From positions 1-32,000 of the forward strand of contig JBGQBI010000001.1 of assembly GCA_041494705.1 (NCBI GenBank): DNA of 32,000 bases, read 5' to 3'. Below the pieces are notes generated by a model. That model was not told the DNA's origin. It was given only the letters and a program-made list of their open reading frames with translations, and ran no database searches. This DNA comes from Candidatus Methanoperedens sp. (GTDB lineage: Archaea; Halobacteriota; Methanosarcinia; Methanosarcinales; Methanoperedenaceae). Positions within the stretch are counted from its first letter, which is position 1. Each line of letters opens with the position of its first letter. Made by a program: the position numbers and the translations under genes. Below, piece after piece: positions 9,122 through 16,408 of the stretch.

Positions 9122-9646
9122 ATGGTTAAAAAATGTATCCATGTGGCTTCCCTGAACAAAAATAAGATAAACGCCGTTTGCGAAGTATTTCCCTCATATC
9201 TGGTGGAGGGGATGGAATGCAGGTCAGGCGTCAGGGAACAGCCTCTTTCTCTTGATGAGACAATCGAAGGTGCGGTATTCAGGGCAAAATCGATTTTTGG
9301 TGATTGCGAATATTCGGTGGGAATAGAAGACGGGATAGCCCCTGTGCCCTCCACACATAGCGGATATATGAACTTTTGCTGCTGTGCCGTGTACGATGGA
9401 GAGCGGGTTTTTCTGGGTCTTGGGCCAGCCTTTGAGTACCCGCCCCAATGCACCAAAAGGGTAATTGATGAGGGAATAACTATCTCAGAAGCATTTTTGC
9501 CAGTCTCAAATAAGCCTGAAATCGGATATGAGGAAGGCATTATTGGCTGGCTTACACGCGGAAAAATAAACAGGAAGGATTATACAAAAATTGCAGTGGA
9601 GATGGCGAAGGTGCAGATGGATAATGTTGAGCTTTATGAGCTTTGA
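9122..9646 (+). CDS. Inosine/xanthosine triphosphatase (YjjX / DUF84 family non-canonical purine NTPase)
   Basis: SGVREQPLSLDETIEGAVFRA and EGIIGWLTRGKINRKDYT match the YjjX motifs SGVPEQPFG..ET..GA..RA and GAIG..T.G...R. Confidence 0.8.
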   Translation: MVKKCIHVASLNKNKINAVCEVFPSYLVEGMECRSGVREQPLSLDETIEGAVFRAKSIFGDCEYSVGIEDGIAPVPSTHSGYMNFCCCAVYDGERVFLGLGPAFEYPPQCTKRVIDEGITISEAFLPVSNKPEIGYEEGIIGWLTRGKINRKDYTKIAVEMAKVQMDNVELYEL

Positions 9647-9648
9647 AC

Positions 9649-12600
9649 TCATACCGGGCACACAGGTGCCGGACATCCTCCTGCATATTCATCATCAGCG
9701 GATACAAATTGATCAACCCTGTCACCAAGATATAACACCTGCTGCGCCTTGCTCCCGTACCTGTAAACTGTAATTCCCTTGCATTTTAATTCATAGGCGA
9801 GCATGAACGCCTTTTCAACTTCCTTGATATCCACATCATTCGGGAAATTGATGGTCTTAGATACTGCGTTATCCGTATATTTCTGGAAAGCCGCCTGCAT
9901 CCTGACATGCCACTCTGGCGCTATATCAAAAGCAGTCACAAACACGCGCTTCACATCATCGGGCACTTCTTCAATTCCAGCGAGAGTTCCCTGCTTCGCG
10001 ATTTTCATCATCATCTCCTCGCTGTAGAAACCCCGCTCTTTCGCCACAGCTTCAAAATACGGGTTTATTTCAAGGAGTTTAGTCCCTTCCATGACATTGC
10101 GCACGAAAGAAACCGCAAACAGTGGCTCAATACCGCTTGAACAGCCTGCGATAATGCTGATAGTTCCTGTGGGAGCAACAGTTGTCACGGTGGAATTGCG
10201 TATTGGTTTCTTATACATGCTTCCCGGGAAATTCGGGAAAGCGCCCCGCTCAATCGCAAGTCTTTCTGAAGCTGCATGGGATTTTTCCTGGATGAATTTC
10301 ATAATCTCTTCGCCTGTTTTGAGGGCGTCTTCAGAATCGTACGGGATACCGAGCTGCACGAGCATATCTGCAAAACCCATTATCCCAAGACCGATTTTCC
10401 TGTTAGCTTTTGTAATTTCCTCAATCTGGGGAAGCGGGTATTTGTTGATATCTATTACATTGTCAAGGAACTTGACTGCATTGTTTATGATTTTTTCAAG
10501 GTTTTCCCAGTCGATTTTGCCATCCTTCACTATTTTCGCAAGGTTTATCGAACCAAGGTTGCAGGATTCGTAGGGTAAAAGCGGCTGCTCTCCGCAATCA
10601 AGCGACACGATTCCATTTGAAATGAAGCTCAAGGTTCTCGGCTCTGTTAAATCATATACAAGTTCCTTTCCATTTTCTTTTATATATTTTATTTTCTCTA
10701 CAAATTTGTCAGAATAAAATCCTTTTGTGAAAAATTTTCCGATTTTATCTTTATGCAGCCCGCACAGGAATCCGATGTCTCCTATAAATTTCATCACACT
10801 TTCTTTGCTGATTTCAAGCTCGAAACACACACCGCTTGAACCATATTTTCTCAGCTCCCCGCTCTTGTTGAGATAGCTGAACTTATTTTCTTCGGGTTGC
10901 CGGCTTCTGTCGTATATCCTTGATTTTATCCCTAAATTTAGCAGAAGTATTTGAACGTCTTTCAGCAGTCTCAGGGATTTTGAAGTCAGTCTTACGTATG
11001 ATGATTTATCCTTAATAAAATTAACAGTTCCATCAGCCGTGAACAGACCCTGCAAAAAACCGATAACAGCCTCTTTCGGCGCAATTAAAATACTTTCAGG
11101 GACTGTTTTGTTTCCACCATCCACAGCCCGAATGCCCAGCTTGATGAAAAAGTCCACGAAATGTTTTGAGTGGTATGATAAGTGATATACTCCATTCTCC
11201 CTTTTCACTTCTTTTATGTCAGAGCCATACCAGTAATTAATAATAGGTTTGAAATAGTCCATCACATTTTTATCTTGTTTTGAGAATGTGAACCCCACCC
11301 TTCGGTTTTTATCCCCGTCCCTGAGCCAGCCATCGCCAACCAGCCAGCCCAATACCTGACCCAATTCTTTGCTCCAATCAGATGGCAGGTTTAATCGGGT
11401 GATTTTTCCATTTTTCCCAACAAATTCATTTCCCGCATCGAATGGCAATTTGAAGTCATCGCTGAATCTCCCTTCACCGGATTGAATCGATATTCTGTGA
11501 ATCGTTGGATCCAAATCTATTGTTTTAACCCAGCCTTCAGGGGTCAGGATTTTATGGTCAGCAGTGCAGGTCAGTTCATATCCGGACTCTGTCTCTATTT
11601 TGTACGTCTCTTTTTCTCCAACACAAAAAGCCTTTATTATCTTATTGAAGCCAATCCCGGTTTGCTTTGAGCGCATCAAACTTATTGTCCCGCCGCTATT
11701 CACAATCCGGATTGGAACCTTGTTATCCGTGGCAATTCTGATTCCACCATCGGGGTGTTTTTCAATCAGGTCGCTCATTCTCATTAAGCCGTTTTCTGTC
11801 GAAATAAGCGTACTTCCGACAACGCACGGGTTTGTGCTTTCCATTTCCCCTACCTGCGGCGTGGGATTGTGCCTGTTAATCTCATCTATGAACACAACCC
11901 CCGGGTCGCCTGTCCTCCACGCCATTGTTATTATGAGGTTCCAGATATCTTTGGCCCTGACCTTCTTCACTATTTCCCTGTTCCGCGGGTTTATTAACCC
12001 GTATTCACCATCTTCCCTGACGGCTTTCATGAACTTATCATCCACCGCTACCGAGATATTGAAATTCGTAAGAAAACCCTCCTTTGTTTTTGCGGTGATG
12101 AATTCAATGATATCAGGGTGGTCTGCCCTTAGAATCCCCATATTGGCGCCGCGCCGCTTTCCTCCCTGCTTTATGATATCCGTGGTGGTGTCGAACACCC
12201 TCATGAAAGAAACCGGTCCTGATGCAACCCCTTTTGTAGATTTTACAATATCTCCCGAAGGCCGGAGGCGCGAAAATGAAAAACCCGTGCCGCCGCCTGA
12301 TTGCTGGATGAGCGCCATGCTTTTTACCGCATCAAAAATGCTCACAAGCGAGTCCTCGACAGGAATGACAAAACAGGCCGAAAGCTGTCCCAGGTCTGTA
12401 CCCGCGTTCATGAGTGTGGGCGTATTGGGCAGGAATTCAAGGTTTACCAGCATGTTGAGGAATTCATCCTCGGATTCGGGGTCAAGCGCCACGGCTTTTG
12501 CTATGCGCCGCAAAAGCCGAAGAGGTGTCTCAATCACCTTCCCGTCCTCATCTTTTAACAGGTAGCGCCTCTTGAGGACTCTTGCGGCATTAACACTCAA

Positions 12601-12921
12601 CTTCAGTTCATCCTTTACTCCGAGAAATTCCTTGGCTTTCCGTATCTGTGAGCGCTTTTCCCTGTACAGGATGTATGCTTTCGCAACGCCGGCATAGCCG
12701 TTTTTAATCAAAACCTCTTCGACCGTATCCTGGACATCTTCAACATCAGGGATTCCCGTGATTCTTTTTTCAAGAAGCTCAACTACCTGCTTTGCTATTC
12801 CCTCTGCCCTTTTGCCATCCCTGCTTTTTGTGGCGATAAATGCCTTAAAAACTGCATTGGCTATCTTTGAGCTGTCAAAATCTACAATTCTTCCGTCCCT
12901 TTTTTTGATTTTCTCAATCAT
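9649..12921 (-). CDS. nrdJ: Adenosylcobalamin-dependent (class II) ribonucleotide reductase with N-terminal ATP-cone and one in-frame intein
   Basis: ATP-cone IKKRDGRIVDFDSSKI. The catalytic motif STNP|C...|CGEQPLLPYESCNLGSINL is split by a 410-aa insert. C-terminal Cys tail CPAPVCPV. Confidence 0.95.
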   Translation of the reverse strand: MIEKIKKRDGRIVDFDSSKIANAVFKAFIATKSRDGKRAEGIAKQVVELLEKRITGIPDVEDVQDTVEEVLIKNGYAGVAKAYILYREKRSQIRKAKEFLGVKDELKLSVNAARVLKRRYLLKDEDGKVIETPLRLLRRIAKAVALDPESEDEFLNMLVNLEFLPNTPTLMNAGTDLGQLSACFVIPVEDSLVSIFDAVKSMALIQQSGGGTGFSFSRLRPSGDIVKSTKGVASGPVSFMRVFDTTTDIIKQGGKRRGANMGILRADHPDIIEFITAKTKEGFLTNFNISVAVDDKFMKAVREDGEYGLINPRNREIVKKVRAKDIWNLIITMAWRTGDPGVVFIDEINRHNPTPQVGEMESTNPCVVGSTLISTENGLMRMSDLIEKHPDGGIRIATDNKVPIRIVNSGGTISLMRSKQTGIGFNKIIKAFCVGEKETYKIETESGYELTCTADHKILTPEGWVKTIDLDPTIHRISIQSGEGRFSDDFKLPFDAGNEFVGKNGKITRLNLPSDWSKELGQVLGWLVGDGWLRDGDKNRRVGFTFSKQDKNVMDYFKPIINYWYGSDIKEVKRENGVYHLSYHSKHFVDFFIKLGIRAVDGGNKTVPESILIAPKEAVIGFLQGLFTADGTVNFIKDKSSYVRLTSKSLRLLKDVQILLLNLGIKSRIYDRSRQPEENKFSYLNKSGELRKYGSSGVCFELEISKESVMKFIGDIGFLCGLHKDKIGKFFTKGFYSDKFVEKIKYIKENGKELVYDLTEPRTLSFISNGIVSLDCGEQPLLPYESCNLGSINLAKIVKDGKIDWENLEKIINNAVKFLDNVIDINKYPLPQIEEITKANRKIGLGIMGFADMLVQLGIPYDSEDALKTGEEIMKFIQEKSHAASERLAIERGAFPNFPGSMYKKPIRNSTVTTVAPTGTISIIAGCSSGIEPLFAVSFVRNVMEGTKLLEINPYFEAVAKERGFYSEEMMMKIAKQGTLAGIEEVPDDVKRVFVTAFDIAPEWHVRMQAAFQKYTDNAVSKTINFPNDVDIKEVEKAFMLAYELKCKGITVYRYGSKAQQVLYLGDRVDQFVSADDEYAGGCPAPVCPV
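10597..11826 (-). mobile_element. Intein (residues 366-775) with LAGLIDADG homing endonuclease domain
   Basis: Block A CVVGSTLI, block B TCTADHKILT, LAGLIDADG motifs LGWLVGDGWL and GFLQGLFTADGTV. Block F/G is VYDLTE...FISNGIVSLD followed by the +1 Cys of NPCGEQ. Confidence 0.85.
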
Positions 12922-13063
12922 TTTTAACCCCTTGTTCTGGACACTATAATATATTAGAAGTGGTTGTTAAATAACTTAAACCTTGAGGCTTTTTGAGTGT
13001 TATGCAGGGTTTCTTGATACCTGTGAAAAATATTATAAAATTGTAAACATTAAATTTTTGGCG

Positions 13064-13158
13064 CAACAGCCGGATGAAGGAACACGGATTACACGGATGC
13101 GACGGATACGCACGGATTTTCATTGATTCCCTTCCATCTATTATCCCATACTTCTCCC
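13064..13158. repeat. CACGGAT-iteron element, copy A1
   Basis: CAACAGCCGGATGAAGGAACACGGATTACACGGATGCGACGGATACGCACGGATTTTCATTGAT...CCCATAC. Four [CG]ACGGAT units at 9-10 nt spacing. Matches 14259-14352. Confidence 0.75.
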
Positions 13159-13168
13159 CAAACTACAT

Positions 13169-13585
13169 TTAGTATTTTATAAGATACTGAGCTATGTATT
13201 TACTAAATTGTTCAATATCTCCAATATTATTCTGCAAGTAATAATAGAGCTTTCCGATGTCTATTTTTGCGTACATGTGGACGAGCCTATTTCTAAATCC
13301 TGCAGATGGTGCAAATTTTACAGCAAAATCACCCGGCAAAATACCATGCTCTCCAAGAACCAAAAACACTTCCTGGTATGTTTCAGGTCGTTTAAGTTTT
13401 TCTCTTGATATTATCATTTCACCAATGTCGATGGTACATTCCAGTGCAATCTCTAAATATCGCTCGACTGCTCCCTTAAGTGTGTGGTCTGTCTGTAAGT
13501 CCTCTATTTTAAAATGTTGATAGCCTTTTAATATGCTCACATATTCTTCAAGCTGTTCAAGTTTGGATGCTATTTCATCATTCAC
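13169..13585 (-). CDS. hepT: HepT (DUF86/HEPN) toxin of a type VII MNT-HepT toxin-antitoxin pair
   Basis: 138 aa. R-x4-H-x-Y motif in FRNRLVHMY. Overlaps the upstream MNT gene by 4 nt. Confidence 0.85.
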   Translation of the reverse strand: MNDEIASKLEQLEEYVSILKGYQHFKIEDLQTDHTLKGAVERYLEIALECTIDIGEMIISREKLKRPETYQEVFLVLGEHGILPGDFAVKFAPSAGFRNRLVHMYAKIDIGKLYYYLQNNIGDIEQFSKYIAQYLIKY

Positions 13586-14052
13586 GAGAAACCGACCCCG
13601 GCAATCCTTTTCAGAGTTTCTTCCGTATGCCTCTTTATGTAATATTTTTCATCCATATACATAGAAAGGAGCTTTGTTTCGAACTTTACTCTCTCTATTT
13701 CACTGGATTTTAAAATAATTCCATTTTTTATAATATTATATGCCAGAAGCAAAGGCGCTTCATTTAAAACGATCAAATCTATTTTGTTTTTCTTGATTAA
13801 AGCGGCTATTTCACCCATCAATTTTAATTCCAGATCGAAGCGGTCTTTTTTGGATAATTTTTCATCGAGCAGGACTCCAATATCAACATCGCTCAACCTG
13901 CCTGTATCGCCCCTGACTGTTGAGCCAAAAAGATAAGCAAGTATTATGCTGTCTTTGCTGCTGAAGTATTCTGTTAGTTCCTTTTCATATGGTATCATGA
14001 ATACTCTGTAATTTGTTTTTGCTAATATATGTTCTTCGCTCATGTGCAGCAT
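13582..14052 (-). CDS. mntA: MNT-family nucleotidyltransferase antitoxin
   Basis: LFGSTVRGDTGRLSDVDIGVL (GS...DxD polymerase-beta-type NTase motif). The true start may be the internal M of MIPYEKEL. Confidence 0.85.
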   Translation of the reverse strand: MLHMSEEHILAKTNYRVFMIPYEKELTEYFSSKDSIILAYLFGSTVRGDTGRLSDVDIGVLLDEKLSKKDRFDLELKLMGEIAALIKKNKIDLIVLNEAPLLLAYNIIKNGIILKSSEIERVKFETKLLSMYMDEKYYIKRHTEETLKRIAGVGFS

Positions 14053-14119
14053 CTTTCAGGCGGCAGCATAACAGGCGCAGGTATCGGTGGGGTTTGTATT
14101 GGGTTATAATTTTAAATCA

Positions 14120-14243
14120 TGGCGCCGGCAGGTCCCCGGAGCGGCGGACTGCTCTGAAAGCATGCAGGCTTGCGAAAAGGAGGGAGAGAGGCTTCCGCAG
14201 TCTATTGATAGATAGGGGTATGTGTTCTTAATCGGGTTGCGCT
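14120..14243. repeat. About 120-nt repeat B, copy 1
   Basis: TGGCGCCGGCAGG...AGCGGCGGA.TGCTCTGAAAGC.TGCAGGCTTGCGAAAAGGAGG.AGAGAGGCTTCCGCAGTCTAT...GGGGTATGTGT...AATC.GGTTGCGCT matches 15495-15610. The two copies differ by a 6-nt indel and a few substitutions. Confidence 0.8.
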
Positions 14244-14258
14244 GGTTAGTTAAACAGT

Positions 14259-14352
14259 CAACAGCCGGGTGACGGAACACGGATGACACGGATTCGACGG
14301 ATACGCACGGATTTTCATTGATATTTTTTCTATCTATTAACCCCATACCTCC
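14259..14352. repeat. CACGGAT-iteron element, copy A2, inserted between repeats B1 and C1
   Basis: CAACAGCCGGGTGACGGAACACGGATGACACGGATTCGACGGATACGCACGGATTTTCATTGAT...CCCCATAC. The segment 14244 to about 14377 is absent from the otherwise collinear copy at 15495-15700. Confidence 0.75.
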
Positions 14353-14377
14353 GCAATCTTCTCCTTTATCTTCCCCT

Positions 14378-14470
14378 AAAAAAGCTCGATCAGTTTCTTA
14401 TTTGCATCGACCAATTTCTGCTCCTATTCGATTCGGGCAACGATTTCCGCTCCCCGGGGAGGGGGCGGGA
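14378..14470 (-). pseudogene. Decayed 3' fragment resembling the conserved region of a type I R-M specificity subunit (hsdS-like), copy C1
   Basis: Minus-strand translation is VIPPPPRGAEIVARIE*EQKLVDANKKLIELF*. This resembles the HsdS conserved motif (PLPPLEEQ..IV..IE.E..LV...K.LIE.FE) but has an in-frame stop. Confidence 0.5.
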
Positions 14471-14514
14471 TAACATATCGAAATACAGAGGCACGGTGGC
14501 GGTGCTTACGCTGA

Positions 14515-14844
14515 TCACGCCTCTACCTTCTGCTTGACTATCTTGAGTCTGATGCCTCCTGGCTCGGTTTCGATGGGCAGCTTAAAGTTCGAATTAAGGT
14601 GATAGAGATCTGCAATCACTTTTGGAAGTCGTATAGATATGCTATTGCCCGATTTATATACAGTCGCCTCCACACCTTTCTTCAGTGCTTTGAAGTATTT
14701 GACGATGTTATCCACATCTTGAGGGTCGCTGTGTTCATTACCGCATTCGCACCGCCAGCCATGTATAATAAACCCTTTCAGGTTAATATCTTCCACTGTA
14801 TTCATTTCTTTTCCACAGATATTGCATTTATGCATCTTTTTCAC
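14515..14844 (-). CDS. Zinc-ribbon + AbrB/SpoVT-like domain protein, putative antitoxin
   Basis: 109 aa. CNICG...CECG zinc ribbon followed by SISIRLPKVIADLYHL (swapped-hairpin-like). Overlaps the upstream ORF by 17 nt. Confidence 0.6.
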   Translation of the reverse strand: MKKMHKCNICGKEMNTVEDINLKGFIIHGWRCECGNEHSDPQDVDNIVKYFKALKKGVEATVYKSGNSISIRLPKVIADLYHLNSNFKLPIETEPGGIRLKIVKQKVEA

Positions 14845-15115
14845 CTCGCATTAATTTCAATTTTTCTTTAGTAGCTCTAATTTTTCCGACGTGTCTTATA
14901 AGCCAATAATCATCATAGTCCTCGATCGCCACGATGTAGATAATCTGTCCGCGGTGGCACCACTTTTCGATTATACCTTTTTTCCTTTTGGATACTTCTT
15001 TACCGTTTTCAAGTAATTCTATTATCTGATGTATTTCAATTCCGAGTTCTATCATTTCGCCATCGGCATTTCTGTTATGGTCAGGAATTAATGGCTTATT
15101 TTTCCATGTTATCAA
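14828..15115 (-). CDS. Small putative toxin (DUF4258-like pattern)
   Basis: 95 aa. MIELGIEIHQIIELLENGKEV...IYIVAIEDYDDYWLIRHV resembles the DUF4258 layout (ER.IS..EV.E.L.NG ... V.V......IITV). Assignment is by eye only. Confidence 0.45.
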   Translation of the reverse strand: MITWKNKPLIPDHNRNADGEMIELGIEIHQIIELLENGKEVSKRKKGIIEKWCHRGQIIYIVAIEDYDDYWLIRHVGKIRATKEKLKLMRGEKDA

Positions 15116-15134
15116 GCCATATCAACCTCATAAT

Positions 15135-15164
15135 GTATAAACATATTTCACCATATGTATATAC
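15135..15164. promoter_or_regulatory. 12-bp inverted repeat (1 mismatch) upstream of the toxin-antitoxin pair; candidate operator overlapping an AT-rich promoter
   Basis: GTATAAACATAT (15135-15146), a 6-nt spacer, then ATATGTATATAC (15153-15164). Lies 20-50 nt upstream of the start at 15115. Confidence 0.4.
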
Positions 15165-15380
15165 TTTTTTGTTATCCAAAGAGGCATGGAAGCGCAGAGA
15201 CATTCTTTTTATCGAATTCTTATATAAAAATTGCGGCGCATGCTATCCCCATGCAACCAATATCTATCAAAATACCGCGCTGCTGTCCTTCTCTTCTTTC
15301 CCGCAGGTGTGACAGCAGGAAAGGGGCGGGGTTATGAGCATGGTCGTTTGGTTTAAGAAATAGTATTCATCCAGACGAAA

Positions 15381-15420
15381 GGAACACGGATGACGCGGAT
15401 TGGACGGATACGCACGGATT
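15381..15420. repeat. CACGGAT-iteron element, copy A3 (shorter, diverged flanks)
   Basis: GGAACACGGATGACGCGGATTGGACGGATACGCACGGATT. Confidence 0.7.
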
Positions 15421-15494
15421 TTTTTATTAGCCGTGAAAATCCGATATAAGAGAGAGAGCACTAATAATTTTATATAATAATGGCAATTAAAATG

Positions 15495-15610
15495 TGGCGC
15501 CGGCAGGAGCGGCGGATTGCTCTGAAAGCTTGCAGGCTTGCGAAAAGGAGGAAGAGAGGCTTCCGCAGTCTATTTATGATGGGGGTATGTGTTTTTAATC
15601 AGGTTGCGCT
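15495..15610. repeat. About 120-nt repeat B, copy 2
   Basis: Collinear with 14120-14243. Confidence 0.8.
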
Positions 15611-15700
15611 CGAAAAGCTCGATCAGTTTCTTGCATGTCTCGATACAATTTCTGTTCCTCTTTAATTCGGGCAACGATTTGCTTTTTGATATCATGGAGT
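15611..15700 (-). pseudogene. Decayed hsdS-like 3' fragment, copy C2, immediately downstream of the 202-aa gene
   Basis: Minus-strand translation is LPLHDIKKQIVARIKEEQKL. After a frameshift it continues CIETCKKLIELFERNLIKNTYP. The DNA is collinear with 14378-14450. Confidence 0.5.
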
Positions 15701-15706
15701 GGGAGA

Positions 15707-16315
15707 TCATGGCAGTAAGTTAAATAACCCAGTAAATTGTTCACCAGATAAAATTAACACGTTCTTTGTTCTAAAAGTGGGTTTATCCACCCTTTCCAGA
15801 AACAAAGAGTATTTTAAAAGTTTCACAAATATTTTCAATACTCGTTCAGATTTGGCAACTATTACACCAAAACGCCCCATGGCAGAAGTATTTATTATGT
15901 CAGCTAAAACGACCTTGCGATCTGCTCTTCCTTCTATCTCAACCGCCATGAAGCATCTTGCATTTGTATTCGTAAACTCTCGATTGAAGAAATCATCAAA
16001 CCTTGGCAATTCTTCTTCTCGGTTACTATACCGTTCTAAGTTTTCAATGTGAGCATTTAACGCGAATCGTAATAATCTCCGTACATCTCTATTGGCTAAT
16101 AACTCATCATATTCTAGAATACATTGGGTTTCTATTGCAAAAGGACCTATTGCAATATCTATCATTGGGGAAGATATAAATTGATCGTGCCATCTATTGA
16201 ATGGTAACCATTCTTTTCTTATTTCAACATCTCTACCTCTAATTGTAGTTGGAAATTTTCTTGCAAATTCCCGAACACCCATATTTTGGAGTCTTATTGT
16301 TTCTGCGTTTGGCAT
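15707..16315 (-). CDS. Hypothetical protein, possible PD-(D/E)xK (BamHI/BglII-like) nuclease fold
   Basis: 202-aa ORF in the AT-rich block. SPMIDIAIGPF (D53) and CFMAVEIEGRADRKVVLADIINTSAMGRFGVIV (E126, E128, K134) fit a D...ExE...K pattern. Confidence 0.6.
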   Translation of the reverse strand: MPNAETIRLQNMGVREFARKFPTTIRGRDVEIRKEWLPFNRWHDQFISSPMIDIAIGPFAIETQCILEYDELLANRDVRRLLRFALNAHIENLERYSNREEELPRFDDFFNREFTNTNARCFMAVEIEGRADRKVVLADIINTSAMGRFGVIVAKSERVLKIFVKLLKYSLFLERVDKPTFRTKNVLILSGEQFTGLFNLLP

Positions 16316-16408
16316 TTTAAGTCCTTTTTGATTCTTTTTAATTAGTCCAATATTTCATTTTTAATGGTAATTTGTTCTATGAATTTTTCTATATAATTTT
16401 ATTTAAAA

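Noticed and set aside
8818-9540. 240-aa minus-strand ORF
   Set aside because: It is antisense to the 173-aa/YjjX gene pair, which has clear family motifs. The translation is featureless.
10597-11826. Possibility that nrdJ is disrupted (a pseudogene) by an insertion
   Set aside because: The insert is in frame, starts with Cys, is followed by Cys, and carries intein splicing and LAGLIDADG blocks. It is therefore interpreted as an intein rather than a disruption.
9803-12565. Several plus-strand ORFs (up to 333 aa) within nrdJ
   Set aside because: They are antisense shadows of the RNR/intein reading frame.
13081-13120. CACGGAT arrays as a possible mini-CRISPR or tandem-repeat locus
   Set aside because: The units are 7 nt at 9-10 nt spacing with no spacers of CRISPR size and only four units. 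This is an iteron/MITE-like feature, not CRISPR.
14013-14231. Plus-strand ORFs at 14013-14231 and 15480-15665 that both encode a basic peptide, ERR.ALKACRLAKRR.RGFRSL
   Set aside because: The similarity exists because both lie in repeat B. The in-frame 6-nt indel and one synonymous change are intriguing but far too little evidence. The first ORF would need a start overlapping the MNT gene on the opposite strand. I treated them as non-coding, though this is worth testing with Ribo-seq.
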